The notes below the pieces were generated by a model. That model ran no database searches. It worked only from the letters and a program-made list of their open reading frames with translations, and was not told the origin of the DNA. This document shows positions 9,831 through 20,175 of a DNA stretch of 64,000 nt, piece by piece. The first letter of the stretch is position 1; every line of letters starts with the position of its first letter. The translations under genes and the position numbers were made by a program. Origin of the DNA: a virus. Its lineage: Duplodnaviria; Caudoviricetes. The stretch spans positions 850 through 64,849 of IMG/VR virus record IMGVR_UViG_3300012096_000007; one strand, 5' to 3'.

Positions 9831-10511
9831 TTAACCCTCTTGCATCAATTGCTTGAGTGAAGCCATACGTCCTTCATAAAGCTTCTTCTTTTCTTCAGCA
9901 ATAGCTAAAGCTTCCGCAGCAGCCTTATCCTTTTCAGCAGCACTAGCTACTTTAGAACTATATTCGTTCTTCAATGAAGCAAATTCAGCTTCAAGTGCGA
10001 CTCTACGGGCTGCAAGAACCTTTTCCGTATCAGCAACCAAATTAGTCAATTTGGCTGTGTTCTCAGCTTCAGCCTTGGCCAATACTGCGACGCGGTCTTC
10101 ATGTTCTATTTGTTTCTTCTTTTTTAATTGATCAAAATCATGCTTGGCCTTCAAGAATGAATCTTCACGCCCTGAAATCGAACTGAGTTTTTCAAAAACA
10201 TCAGCCTCACGCACCCGCAAATCATTATCTTTGGCATCCAATGCCTTGATACCAGAATTAACTTTTTCCTGTTTTGCACTCACTTCCTTATGTATAGATT
10301 CAATAGCCTGATATTGATTCTTAACTTGCTCAAGCAAAGCTTGAATTTCAACACTTTTTGAATTGAGTTCCTTGAGTGCAGCTTTAGCGGATGCTGGATT
10401 GGATACAATCTCAAGCAATGATGCCAAAGCACTTAGCGCCGCCGCCCCTTGTGCAAGGTTGGTTGTATCAGAAGTACTGGAAGCACTTGGACCACCACTA
10501 GTCCCCATCAT
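9831..10511 (-). CDS. Coiled-coil protein
   Basis: 226 aa, A/K/E-rich helical sequence. Confidence 0.6.
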   Translation of the reverse strand: MMGTSGGPSASSTSDTTNLAQGAAALSALASLLEIVSNPASAKAALKELNSKSVEIQALLEQVKNQYQAIESIHKEVSAKQEKVNSGIKALDAKDNDLRVREADVFEKLSSISGREDSFLKAKHDFDQLKKKKQIEHEDRVAVLAKAEAENTAKLTNLVADTEKVLAARRVALEAEFASLKNEYSSKVASAAEKDKAAAEALAIAEEKKKLYEGRMASLKQLMQEG

Positions 10512-10522
10512 GTTGCTGCCCC

Positions 10523-10828
10523 TTAGACATTTGCGATCACAGCCAGTTTATAGTTAGAATTTGGTGGAATAGAAAAATATTCAGTTTGATTAGATGCTAA
10601 ACGAGCAGTAGTTAATGTCGCTGTTGGAGTTAAACCAATTGCAATTGAACATGCAGTATCCACGTTAACTCGAAGCAACGTAGTATTTTTATTCACAATA
10701 ACCGATTGAACAGAAGCACCAGTAATATTGATCACTTGTTCTGCAACAGGGGGCCATTGCGCACCTGAAATAGGATGATTGCCCCCACCACCAATGGCAT
10801 TCAATTCAGCTAAATAAAGAACACTCAT
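10523..10828 (-). CDS. Small virion structural protein
   Basis: 101 aa, beta-rich. Confidence 0.55.
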   Translation of the reverse strand: MSVLYLAELNAIGGGGNHPISGAQWPPVAEQVINITGASVQSVIVNKNTTLLRVNVDTACSIAIGLTPTATLTTARLASNQTEYFSIPPNSNYKLAVIANV

Positions 10829-11268
10829 AGATACAATCCTTTAACAGCTTTATTACGCAAATAATTAACTCTTGAAGCACACTTCTTTGAACAAAATCTT
10901 TTTCTCAATTTACCCAAATGAAAAGATTTACGTGGGCCTAATGCATCTTTTCCACATGCTTCGCATTTAAAAGCTACATCAATAATATTGCCAATTGACC
11001 GAACTCGATCAAGCGTGGCACGCATCCTTAAAACATTTTCCGGTTCACGCATATGAAAACTCGTATGTTCATTTCTAGTTAACAAAGCTAAATTTTCAAT
11101 TTCATTATTTGAAGGATCATTATCAATATGATGAATTATCATCCCATCTGGAATAATACCATTATACTCTTCCCAAACCCGCCTATGTAGGCTAGAATTA
11201 GGATTTCTATAATGACCACCCTTTTTAAGATAAAAACGTTCTCCTTTATATTCACGTACAACAGCCAT
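10825..11268 (-). CDS. HNH endonuclease
   Basis: LHRRVWE...IHHIDNDPSNNEIENL...H; C-terminal Zn finger. Confidence 0.85.
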   Translation of the reverse strand: MAVVREYKGERFYLKKGGHYRNPNSSLHRRVWEEYNGIIPDGMIIHHIDNDPSNNEIENLALLTRNEHTSFHMREPENVLRMRATLDRVRSIGNIIDVAFKCEACGKDALGPRKSFHLGKLRKRFCSKKCASRVNYLRNKAVKGLYL

Positions 11269-11768
11269 TATACTTCCTCATTTATAGTAACACCATTAGG
11301 CAATGTGCGGCTACGCGGATACGTATGTTCAATTGTTCTCTTTTCGCCAACTACAGGCGGGGTATTTAAGACCTCTGAGGGAGGGAAATTTGAACCTGAC
11401 TCCCCAAGGAAATCCTCGACCTCCTTATTTGCATCACTCAACTCAGTAGCAAGCGACATGGCCTTTTGAGCATTAACCTGTGCACGGGTGACTTCAGAGG
11501 TAAGCTTATTTTTAGCGTCAACATTTAATTTTCTCAAGTCCGCCATCAACCCCCGCATGCCAGCAGCTAGGTCCTTCACTTCTTGCATGTTGTCCTCTAC
11601 TGACTCTGCGAGTATTAACGAGTATCCTTGGTTTAGTAAGTTTACACCGACATCCATATGCCTTTCTAACTGGCTCAGGATGAGTAATTGCAGAGATAGG
11701 TCTTGTGTTAAGCGATTCCCAATAACCAAATCTGTTGTCAAATGTTGCTGGTCCATAGATAGCCGCAA
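11268..11768 (-). CDS. Hypothetical protein (start uncertain)
   Basis: ORF abutting the HNH gene; helical sequence. Confidence 0.45.
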   Translation of the reverse strand: MRLSMDQQHLTTDLVIGNRLTQDLSLQLLILSQLERHMDVGVNLLNQGYSLILAESVEDNMQEVKDLAAGMRGLMADLRKLNVDAKNKLTSEVTRAQVNAQKAMSLATELSDANKEVEDFLGESGSNFPPSEVLNTPPVVGEKRTIEHTYPRSRTLPNGVTINEEV

Positions 11769-11809
11769 AGAATATTAACATTGCATGCATGTGCGCGTAG
11801 AAATCCATT

Positions 11810-12442
11810 TTAAACGCCACGCTGTTTCTGATACAGAGATGCTCGTAACGCATCTTCTGGTTTCATTTTTGCACGGTACAAACGATTCTTCAAGGTAGTG
11901 ATTGGGAGATTATATTCGGTACACCATTGAGTTAAATTTTGAGTTTTACCAAACGCTGTAATTACATGATTATTTCTTCGATTATTAAGCTGCTCTGTGT
12001 AAGTCGCCCATTTACAATTATCAAAACTGTAACCTTTATCATTATCTTTACGTTCAAGTGTCAGACCATCTGGGGGATCACCCATATCTTTGTAGAAATT
12101 CTCAAACTTCTGCCAACGCTTACAAACTTTAATGCCTCGATCGAAGTAATTTGCATGATTACGACTATTAGGACGACAACGTGATTTCATCCCACGCCAA
12201 ATTACATATACTCTACTGTCAGTTTTACCGTGAGTTGTCCTTGCTTCAAGAGCAGCACACCCACACGACGTAGTTGTCCCTTTAATCAAATTATAAGATC
12301 TTACCAATGTGATAACACCACACTCACATTGACATTCTAAAACTGAACCCGCTCCTTCATACCGTTTGACATCAATTACTCTTAAACGGCTAAATTCACG
12401 TCCTATCCATACGCTACGCTTTAGTACCACTAAGGCCTCCAT
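11810..12442 (-). CDS. HNH homing endonuclease
   Basis: CQCECG, YFDRGIKVCKRW, TLERKDNDKGYSFDNCKWAT. Confidence 0.85.
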   Translation of the reverse strand: MEALVVLKRSVWIGREFSRLRVIDVKRYEGAGSVLECQCECGVITLVRSYNLIKGTTTSCGCAALEARTTHGKTDSRVYVIWRGMKSRCRPNSRNHANYFDRGIKVCKRWQKFENFYKDMGDPPDGLTLERKDNDKGYSFDNCKWATYTEQLNNRRNNHVITAFGKTQNLTQWCTEYNLPITTLKNRLYRAKMKPEDALRASLYQKQRGV

Positions 12443-12510
12443 TTTTGTTGAAGACCTTAGTTAACATTTTTTGGGTGAGCAAAGCAAATATTTTTAAGAA
12501 CGCGTTTTTA

Positions 12511-13548
12511 CTATGCCGTAAGGACGCCCTGTAGGAAGGCATTCGAGAGAGTCATATTCCCCGCCCAGCCAATCAAACGAACCATGGCATCTTGGTTGAC
12601 CGAAAAACGGTCAGGATCAAGGGGAACCATGTTACGCCGAGCGTGAGGCCGCCACATAAGGTACTTGGTATTAAGGAAGTACATTGTGGTCGATGGAGCA
12701 CCACCGAGTGCCGAGGTTGAAGAACTGATCTGAGGCGGCAGAGGATCCGCAGCAAAGCCTTGGAAGCCACCATCCAGCACCACGTCAGCATTCAGATACT
12801 TGAGAGTCTGGAAACCAGAATCAGCCATATCCGGTGCGCCACCTTCGATCTGAATACGTTGAATTGCTTGCAGCGCGTTCAAGTAATAACGATACGTAGT
12901 ATTATCAGCAATGATCAGGTCCGGGAAATCCCGGCCACGGATCAACTGCACCCAAAGTGCATCCATTTGCTGCATAATGGAAGCAGATGAAAGAACAGTA
13001 TTACCGTTAGTAGCAGCCGACCAAGTCTGGTTCTGCCAGAAAGTCCACTGCGAACGGTCAATACCGCCTACGGTGCCGGTAGTAGGAGACGCTGCAACAA
13101 GCAACTGCAAACCGCCTACCGAACCAGTAACGGTACCATCACCATAGATACCCTGTGACAGGCCGTTCATGAAAGTATCTTCCGCATTCATGATGCGGGA
13201 CTCAAGAAGGTCAATGATTGCCTCTTCACCAGAGTTCTGGAGTTCTTCCAGACCGCTGATTGAAACAGCAACCGCTGACTGCCGAATGGGATATTCCGCA
13301 GCCGTGAAGACTTGGCTGGGTGCAATATTCAAAGTCTGATAACCCGAATACCATTGATAAGTCTGGTTATCAGCATAATTAAGTTCTTGAACGATGGTAC
13401 GACCACCGCTGAAGGTTTTAACATTACCACGACGGCTAAGACGCAACAGCGCAGCGTTGTTACGGGACATATTGTCCGCAAGCTCGCCAGTACGGTTGCG
13501 TAGGGTCGTAGTAACAATTTCAGACAGGTTTGGAAAACCTACTGGCAT
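12511..13548 (-). CDS. Major capsid protein
   Basis: 345 aa, directly downstream of scaffold; GGRTIVQELNY, NSGEEAIIDLLESRI, GWAGNMT pattern of a podovirus MCP family. Confidence 0.85.
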   Translation of the reverse strand: MPVGFPNLSEIVTTTLRNRTGELADNMSRNNAALLRLSRRGNVKTFSGGRTIVQELNYADNQTYQWYSGYQTLNIAPSQVFTAAEYPIRQSAVAVSISGLEELQNSGEEAIIDLLESRIMNAEDTFMNGLSQGIYGDGTVTGSVGGLQLLVAASPTTGTVGGIDRSQWTFWQNQTWSAATNGNTVLSSASIMQQMDALWVQLIRGRDFPDLIIADNTTYRYYLNALQAIQRIQIEGGAPDMADSGFQTLKYLNADVVLDGGFQGFAADPLPPQISSSTSALGGAPSTTMYFLNTKYLMWRPHARRNMVPLDPDRFSVNQDAMVRLIGWAGNMTLSNAFLQGVLTA

Positions 13549-13675
13549 TGTTATATCTCCGGGTTATGGTTGAAAACGCTACGCTCAACCTAATGGTAAC
13601 CGCTGGAGGATGAGGCGGAGCTTCTTGTAGAAGCCCCAGCTTTCATATTCTTAGCACGTCGTGACCACTCTACGC

Positions 13676-14941
13676 TTACTGGTCCCTCAATTGCTGAATA
13701 GCTTCTCTGAGGGATTCTCGAACTGGCGTTTTTTGACCGGGCTTCTTGTTCACCGCTGCCCTATTGCCTTGTGTGGCTCCGGGAGTGGATGAAGCAGGAA
13801 GCGAAACAGCGGCCTTACGGGCTTTCCCAACTTGCGTCTGCTGAGCGGTTGTAGCCGCATCTTGCGTCTGCTGTCGGGCGGCTTGGTCTGCTTGCTGTTG
13901 TTCAGCAAGAACCTTCTTCCGTACCTCAGGGTTAAAATAGATAGCACGTTCGTAGGCAGTGTCCAGATCAACTTCACCATTTGCCTGCAAAGGCACTACC
14001 TGTGTCTCTATCAACTTCGCCATATCCTGACGGACTGCTTCAAAGTGAGGCTTATCTTTTGCCCAAATATTAAGGTTTTCTCTAGTCTTGGCTTCACTTT
14101 GTGACTGAAATGATTGCTGCATATTTCCAAATTGACCACCAATTTGGTTCACAACACCAGATAATTGCTGAAGCTGCTGCTCAAGATTACCAATATATTC
14201 TTTAACAGGTGCAGGTATCTCAGTGGTCGGAGGTGCTACACCCGTACCCTCAGGAGGTGCTGCTGTACTGCCGGGGACAGGAGCCGCAACCGGGGGACCA
14301 GCCAATTTGACCCAATCAATGCCCATACTCTTTGCAAGTGCTGGGAAGGATTGTGCGGGGTTTCCTGCCAATGCCTTGAACCACAGGAACATACGGTTAA
14401 CAGCATCTGCCGGGGTAGCGTTCATTTGCCGCAACGCATCGGTATGCGGGGCAATAGCCTGATCAATCAGGCTATAGCGCTGCTTTAGCTGTTCGACCCC
14501 GGCAGCCATATCCTGACCACGTTTGATGAAAGCCGCTTGCATAGCAGGTGGGGTTTTATCCCACTCAGCCTTTGCTTCTGGAGGCAAATCCACAGGGGCG
14601 GCCACAGTAGGAGCAGGCGGCTCTATGGGAGGAACAACTTCACCGGACTTAAGGGCTGCTTGAAACTTTCCAGTTTTAGCATCCTTTTTGGGTTTGGCTT
14701 TACTCTCTTCGTCAGCTCTTACTTCTTCAATCGATGCTTTAAGTTGTTCCCGCACCGAAAGCGGCTTTTGCGATTCGCCCTCACCATCACCAACAACACC
14801 ATCTGTGCCACCAACATCACCCCCGTCAGACCCAACATCACCACCAGTGTCAAGAACATTTTCCACATCACCGCCACCACCTTCATTATCGGGGCCACGG
14901 AATACGGTTTCATTAAAATGGCGTGCAAAAGAACTCAACAT
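13676..14941 (-). CDS. Capsid scaffolding protein
   Basis: Acidic/Pro-rich N-terminus, coiled coils, LDTAYERA motif, between portal and MCP. Confidence 0.75.
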   Translation of the reverse strand: MLSSFARHFNETVFRGPDNEGGGGDVENVLDTGGDVGSDGGDVGGTDGVVGDGEGESQKPLSVREQLKASIEEVRADEESKAKPKKDAKTGKFQAALKSGEVVPPIEPPAPTVAAPVDLPPEAKAEWDKTPPAMQAAFIKRGQDMAAGVEQLKQRYSLIDQAIAPHTDALRQMNATPADAVNRMFLWFKALAGNPAQSFPALAKSMGIDWVKLAGPPVAAPVPGSTAAPPEGTGVAPPTTEIPAPVKEYIGNLEQQLQQLSGVVNQIGGQFGNMQQSFQSQSEAKTRENLNIWAKDKPHFEAVRQDMAKLIETQVVPLQANGEVDLDTAYERAIYFNPEVRKKVLAEQQQADQAARQQTQDAATTAQQTQVGKARKAAVSLPASSTPGATQGNRAAVNKKPGQKTPVRESLREAIQQLRDQ

Positions 14942-14976
14942 ATTACTCTCCTTTTGGGCAGCTTGTGCGACCCTAA

Positions 14977-15279
14977 TTAACGATTACGTAACTCATAGAC
15001 TGCACGCTGAATCGACTCACGTCGAGCCCCACGATCAAGTTCAACTTTTTGACGAGGTTTTAGAAGGGTAGATGTTTCGTTGCCGACTTCTAGGCATCCA
15101 GCAGCCTTAGTAGCAGCTCGAAAAGCTGATTTACTCTCATAAAATTGACCATTAGCCATGTGTTTCGTGGATGGCATAATGTCACTAATGACATAAGATG
15201 CCTTACCAAGCTTCTCATTCTTTGGCCCTGCTTTGTTTTTATTAACAAGCACGCCGTTACGGTATACAAAGATTGTCAT
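14977..15279 (-). CDS. Conserved phage head-region protein
   Basis: 100 aa; ESKSAFRAATKAAGCLEVGNE. Confidence 0.6.
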   Translation of the reverse strand: MTIFVYRNGVLVNKNKAGPKNEKLGKASYVISDIMPSTKHMANGQFYESKSAFRAATKAAGCLEVGNETSTLLKPRQKVELDRGARRESIQRAVYELRNR

Positions 15280-15620
15280 GTCTTAAGCTCCGACACATAT
15301 ATAGGATGATAAGCTCCAGCCAACATCAATTTCCCATTGGGACGAGCAAGATTTTTGTAAGACATAATAGTTTCAACACCATCAGAAGATTTATAAGTTG
15401 GAACTACCAAAGGTAGTCTCATATGCTGGTACATAGCATAAAGATCTGGATAAAATTTCCTGCTTATTTCACGCCCATCAAGTGGAAGCCAACCTTCAGG
15501 ACACCACGCAGGCACCGCAGGCATGTATTCCTTGATTGGCATCAGGTTCTCAGCCCTAATAATTGCCGGAGCAATAAACAAAGCACCCATCCCTTTAAGA
15601 AAACTACGCCGGTAAATCAT
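15276..15620 (-). CDS. Protein with twin-arginine-like leader and tail-collar-like motif
   Basis: RRSFLKG leader; PEGWLPLDGREISRKFYPDLY. Confidence 0.55.
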   Translation of the reverse strand: MIYRRSFLKGMGALFIAPAIIRAENLMPIKEYMPAVPAWCPEGWLPLDGREISRKFYPDLYAMYQHMRLPLVVPTYKSSDGVETIMSYKNLARPNGKLMLAGAYHPIYVSELKT

Positions 15621-15907
15621 TTAATGTACTCCAGATAAAGTTCCCATGTTTTCATTGCTTGATTGAATCGAATATCAAGCAGTTTTTTGATTTCATCATC
15701 ATCTTTAGCTTGCAACTGTTCAAGGCTAGAAACTGACAAACAAGTCACGTTGCTATTGTCATACCTTCCAATTATAACTGCAACAGCATCAAAATTATCA
15801 TCCCAAAAATAGATTCCGGACGGAGTAGCAAGCCCATTCCCCATAACAAGCTTAAAAGGGGAGATGAGTTTTGATTCTATATAGTTCCTGATCTCGCTTC
15901 TGGTCAT
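15617..15907 (-). CDS. Hypothetical protein
   Basis: 96 aa, overlapping start/stop with neighbours. Confidence 0.55.
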   Translation of the reverse strand: MTRSEIRNYIESKLISPFKLVMGNGLATPSGIYFWDDNFDAVAVIIGRYDNSNVTCLSVSSLEQLQAKDDDEIKKLLDIRFNQAMKTWELYLEYIK

Positions 15908-18501
15908 GCCGCACCTGATGTTGGTTTAGGGGCAGCTGCTGCTTTTTTGGCAGCAGTCGCATTTGCCTCAGCAACTTCAATAGATGCCTCTGCTTTCTTC
16001 ATTTCAGTTTCATTTTTATTCTTTTCAGCCATAATATGCATTTGCTCAATTTGCATTTCCATCCCACGCATACGCACTTCCATTTGCTTCATCATCATAT
16101 CAGCTTGATTATTCTGTTGCTCACCAGCACTTTCCTGTTGCTGACGCGCGACCTCGGCTTGAGCCTGCTGTTGACTTGCTTGTGCTTCAATACCTGAGGT
16201 CTTAATAGCATCCTGAGATTTAGCAATATCGGCCTGAGAACGTACGTCAGCCGCATGTGACATGGCTTGTGCCTTTTGAGCCTCTGCATTCGCCTTGATT
16301 TGCTCCGGATTTGGTTGCGCAGCAGCCTGTGCTTGCTTCTGTTTGGCAATTTTAACTGCCGAATCGCAGAATTCCTCAATGGTAGACTCAAGATCACGGC
16401 CAACCCGGAAACCACGCACGCCAAATTGCAATAATTTGCCTAGAAGAGGCAGAATCTCAGGTACTTGAGCCGCCATTGCCATCGAAGTTTGAAGATACTT
16501 CGTAACTTCCGAGATAAATTCAGTACGATCACCCTTTTCTTGAGCCGCATCACCGTAAATCGTCGAATCGACCTCAATATCAACCCGGAATCCACGAAAA
16601 CGTTCGTCCCGGATCAACTGAATAGCCTGCTGAATGCGCTGTGAAGCCTGCTGAAGTGCCATTTGCATCGGATCAGGCGGAGGAGGCATAGGCAAGCCGG
16701 GCGCTACCGGCGAGGCTGTCACGGGCATGCCGGAGGGACCGCTTGGGGGGACCGATATAGGCGGTTTGGGGAACGGAACGATGTTTGGACCTGCCTGCGG
16801 CGGCATCTGGGAAGTGGCCGGTACCGCCGCAGGCGGCATGCCCGAAGCCGGGACGGGCATAGGAGATGGAGGTGGTGCTGAGCCACCCATAGGTGGAGCT
16901 GGCAAAGCTGGAGCCGATTGCTGAACTTGCAATTGTTGCATCAGGTCTTGGTCTATACCAAGGCCTTCTTCATATATTGCACCTGAAGCTTCAACAAGTG
17001 ATTGAGACGAAAAATGCTGTGCCATAATATCTGCCATGATCCGTACAGTATCACGGGCAAAGCGTGCAACCTCATTTTGACGAGCAGTCAACCGCGTCCC
17101 TGTATTATTGGACTTCAGCCTTTGACCACCCAATGTTTCTCGTGCATCCGTTGTACCCCGCATCAAATCGTTGATGCCGGTCAACCGGTCCATTTCCTCA
17201 ATTTGCTTTTGCTTCAAGGCCATTAACTCATTAAGAACACCAATGATCTCCTTCAAAGGCATAAACGACATTTGACCAGCAACACCACCTTTATCCCCAG
17301 CAAACATTGCCCAATCATCAACTGGAATAAGTTCGTTTTCAACAGACTCATTAAGAAGCCTTTGAATACCTTTAGCAGCAGCATTGTAAGTACCAACAAC
17401 TTTACAAGCCCTAGTAAGCATAGCTATACGTTGGCTCAGTTCGTCTATTTGAGTAGCCTGATCCTGATATTGGATATAGTCAGCTACTGGAAGTAATGTC
17501 CCAGTAGTTTGATTGGCTATAATGGGTCGTGGTACTGGGAAAAAGTTTTCCAAATTCAGTGGGTCGTCCTTACGATCAAGAAGATAATCATACCCAGTAG
17601 CCACCCAATAGACAGTGCGATCCTGCTTGTTCCAAATTTCAAATATTTCACCTTTGACTTCATGTTCTGGACTTGAATTTTCATAGCGATCTTTTTGTCG
17701 ATCGTCCTTTTCCAAAGGAATTTTCTTTGCAATTTCCTTGCCAAAACGATCACGCATTTGCTCATAAGTAAGAAATACACGCTTGCCTATAGCTACTACT
17801 TCAGCCCAAGTTCGTGCCTCAATTGGGAACACAAGAAAATCTTCCCAATGAATATAATCCACTGGAGTAGATTCACGTACAATTTGATCACCCGTAGACT
17901 CAAGCTTCTCTTCAACTGGATCTTCAGGTTGTTTAGTATCAAGTTCTGAATTATCAGTTTCAAGTTCTTCACCATCAGCAGCGTCCGCATCAGAATTTAT
18001 TTGACCCGGACGATCCTTCATATCCATGCTGTCTTCATTGGGCAATGAAACACCTTCACTGATCTGAGGCTCATAACGAACCCACAAGGTGCCACGTCCC
18101 GGCAGCAAGTAATCACTAACAGCTTGGTTCATGGCTTCGTTAAAACCACAAATTTCTATTTCATTACGCAAAGCACGCTCAAGTATCTGAGCAGCACCAC
18201 GCGCCACTGGGTCTTTGTCGCCAAACTTGCGTTCAGCAAGAGGTGTAGGGGTTTTGCCATAAATAGCTGGCTTGAGGATTTCTACGTTAGACCAAAGTGA
18301 ATTATATCGACGTCGTGACTCTTCATCAACACGGTTACGTTCATCACGATAACGGGCCTCAATTTTGTGACCACGCTTAATAAAATTAAGATAACCTTTA
18401 TGCTTACCCATCTTTTCAATTTGATCACGCCAAAAGAAGGCCTTGCGCTCAGACTTACGTCCACCATCAGGCCCAGCTAGTGGATCAAGTTCAATATCCA
18501 T
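15904..18501 (-). CDS. Portal protein
   Basis: 865 aa directly after TerL; LWSNVEILKPAIY, FFPVPRP, RVDIEVDSTI; Q/A-rich C-terminal barrel. Confidence 0.85.
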   Translation of the reverse strand: MDIELDPLAGPDGGRKSERKAFFWRDQIEKMGKHKGYLNFIKRGHKIEARYRDERNRVDEESRRRYNSLWSNVEILKPAIYGKTPTPLAERKFGDKDPVARGAAQILERALRNEIEICGFNEAMNQAVSDYLLPGRGTLWVRYEPQISEGVSLPNEDSMDMKDRPGQINSDADAADGEELETDNSELDTKQPEDPVEEKLESTGDQIVRESTPVDYIHWEDFLVFPIEARTWAEVVAIGKRVFLTYEQMRDRFGKEIAKKIPLEKDDRQKDRYENSSPEHEVKGEIFEIWNKQDRTVYWVATGYDYLLDRKDDPLNLENFFPVPRPIIANQTTGTLLPVADYIQYQDQATQIDELSQRIAMLTRACKVVGTYNAAAKGIQRLLNESVENELIPVDDWAMFAGDKGGVAGQMSFMPLKEIIGVLNELMALKQKQIEEMDRLTGINDLMRGTTDARETLGGQRLKSNNTGTRLTARQNEVARFARDTVRIMADIMAQHFSSQSLVEASGAIYEEGLGIDQDLMQQLQVQQSAPALPAPPMGGSAPPPSPMPVPASGMPPAAVPATSQMPPQAGPNIVPFPKPPISVPPSGPSGMPVTASPVAPGLPMPPPPDPMQMALQQASQRIQQAIQLIRDERFRGFRVDIEVDSTIYGDAAQEKGDRTEFISEVTKYLQTSMAMAAQVPEILPLLGKLLQFGVRGFRVGRDLESTIEEFCDSAVKIAKQKQAQAAAQPNPEQIKANAEAQKAQAMSHAADVRSQADIAKSQDAIKTSGIEAQASQQQAQAEVARQQQESAGEQQNNQADMMMKQMEVRMRGMEMQIEQMHIMAEKNKNETEMKKAEASIEVAEANATAAKKAAAAPKPTSGAA

Positions 18502-20175
18502 TTAATGTATCCGTAAAATACCAGTCCTAGTGCTACGCTGTTCATTGGCTTCAAACATATCTTCCAAAGTAACTGTACACAAACTGGGAATAGTAGAAAA
18601 CACTTTTGGCTCTTCTTTGAATTGAGAAGAACTATCAGCCGAGATCATTCTATCTAGCACCATCCCTATTAAACTTAAAGCGTCCACTTGATCATCAAAA
18701 GTACCTGCATCAAACAGAAGCAATTCCCTTCTAAATTCAGCAAACCAAGATGCGCCAAAAGGACAATAAAGTCCATTTTGTGCCATACGACCAATGATGC
18801 TCTGAGCACGTTGAACTTTTGACTTGGTAGCTGGAAACTGCGCGCGAGCAACATAAGCCTGCCGCTCCCGCATACGCTTCACAAGGAACGGGCCAACGCC
18901 TTTATTGATCTGACCTACTTCTTCAGCCCACCCAATAGGCTTCCAAAACTTGACCAAATCACAAAATTCCTCAACCCAAACATCTGAAGATTCCTGCTTA
19001 CGCCAAAGGTCCAGCACATAAATATTACTTTTGTTATCTACCCCTACTACAATATGAACCGTGTAATTTTCACGATCCTTAGTCACCGCATAATCACTGG
19101 CACCATAAATATTCAGATCACCGGGCTCAAAATTGGTTGGATATCCCGTACTTGGATTTTGCTCATAAGATTTCAACCATTCAGATTTAAACAACATACC
19201 CGTATCAGGAGAGGGGCGTTGTTGATACAATGATGACCAAGTACGTGGAATACGTTTAGGTGCTCTAAACATTTCCTCCGTAAACCATTCAGGCCAAAGG
19301 ATCTCACCTATCTTGCGTCCAAGAATGTCATCTTTACGTTCACATTCGGCAGGCAAGCATACAACATACCATTCATTACCATCACGGCACTGCAATAACC
19401 CACTTTTGCCGTCATAATTTTCGGGTAAGATACGACCCGCAGGATCGTCCTCGTGCCATCTGGTAGTAACTCCAATTTCCCAAGCTTGAGGTTTTTTACG
19501 TGTGAGGAGATCATCACCATAAGCCTCCCATGTTTTTTGTCTGATGACTTCAGAATCAGCCTGTTCACGTCCCTTAATCAAATCGTCCCACACAATACCA
19601 TCAGCACGATTACCTGTAATACCAGTCAAAATACCGGCCCCCATCCATTCACTACTATTCTTAAGTGCCCACTCGTCAGCTGCTTTGCTTTCATCAGAAA
19701 GCAAAGTGCTAAAAATACGATTATAAATTGGCTGCTGAACTATTGAACGAGCTCGTCTGCCAAACTTACGTGGCAGTTCTGAACCATAGCTCGCTACAAT
19801 GATGGATGAACCTTTAAAACGCCCCATGACGTGTGTTGGAAAAACAACTGAAGTATAAATTGACTTACCACTACCGGGAGGCAACAACCCCATCAGCCGT
19901 TTTATTTTTCCATCTTCAACTTGCTGAAGACAATCAAGCCAAAGCAAATGATGCGCACCAAACAAATGCTTACGAGGCCGAAACTGTTCGACCTCGTCTT
20001 CATTCTCCTCACGCAGCGGGCCGCTTGGGATATTAATTATACTTGCGTAGGTCAACAGGTCGTTTTTGGCCCGTTCCCGCTTTTGGCGTTCGGTTTGTAA
20101 GATCCTCAACTCTCTTGAGAGCTCGGCTAATTCGTTTGTCGAGTTCAGTTGAGTCGATGTTATCAGCTTTGCCAT
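18502..20175 (-). CDS. terL: Terminase large subunit
   Basis: Walker A PPGSGKS, ITGNRADGIVWDD, TRWHEDD, YQQRP, DDQVDALS. Confidence 0.95.
   Translation of the reverse strand: MAKLITSTQLNSTNELAELSRELRILQTERQKRERAKNDLLTYASIINIPSGPLREENEDEVEQFRPRKHLFGAHHLLWLDCLQQVEDGKIKRLMGLLPPGSGKSIYTSVVFPTHVMGRFKGSSIIVASYGSELPRKFGRRARSIVQQPIYNRIFSTLLSDESKAADEWALKNSSEWMGAGILTGITGNRADGIVWDDLIKGREQADSEVIRQKTWEAYGDDLLTRKKPQAWEIGVTTRWHEDDPAGRILPENYDGKSGLLQCRDGNEWYVVCLPAECERKDDILGRKIGEILWPEWFTEEMFRAPKRIPRTWSSLYQQRPSPDTGMLFKSEWLKSYEQNPSTGYPTNFEPGDLNIYGASDYAVTKDRENYTVHIVVGVDNKSNIYVLDLWRKQESSDVWVEEFCDLVKFWKPIGWAEEVGQINKGVGPFLVKRMRERQAYVARAQFPATKSKVQRAQSIIGRMAQNGLYCPFGASWFAEFRRELLLFDAGTFDDQVDALSLIGMVLDRMISADSSSQFKEEPKVFSTIPSLCTVTLEDMFEANEQRSTRTGILRIH

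Noticed and set aside
16650-16920. GC-rich insert in the portal gene as intron or mobile element
   Set aside because: It is in frame and encodes a Pro-rich low-complexity linker
20033-20175. Programmed frameshift fusing TerS and TerL
   Set aside because: 143-nt overlap, but TerL has its own ATG and no slippery site was recognised
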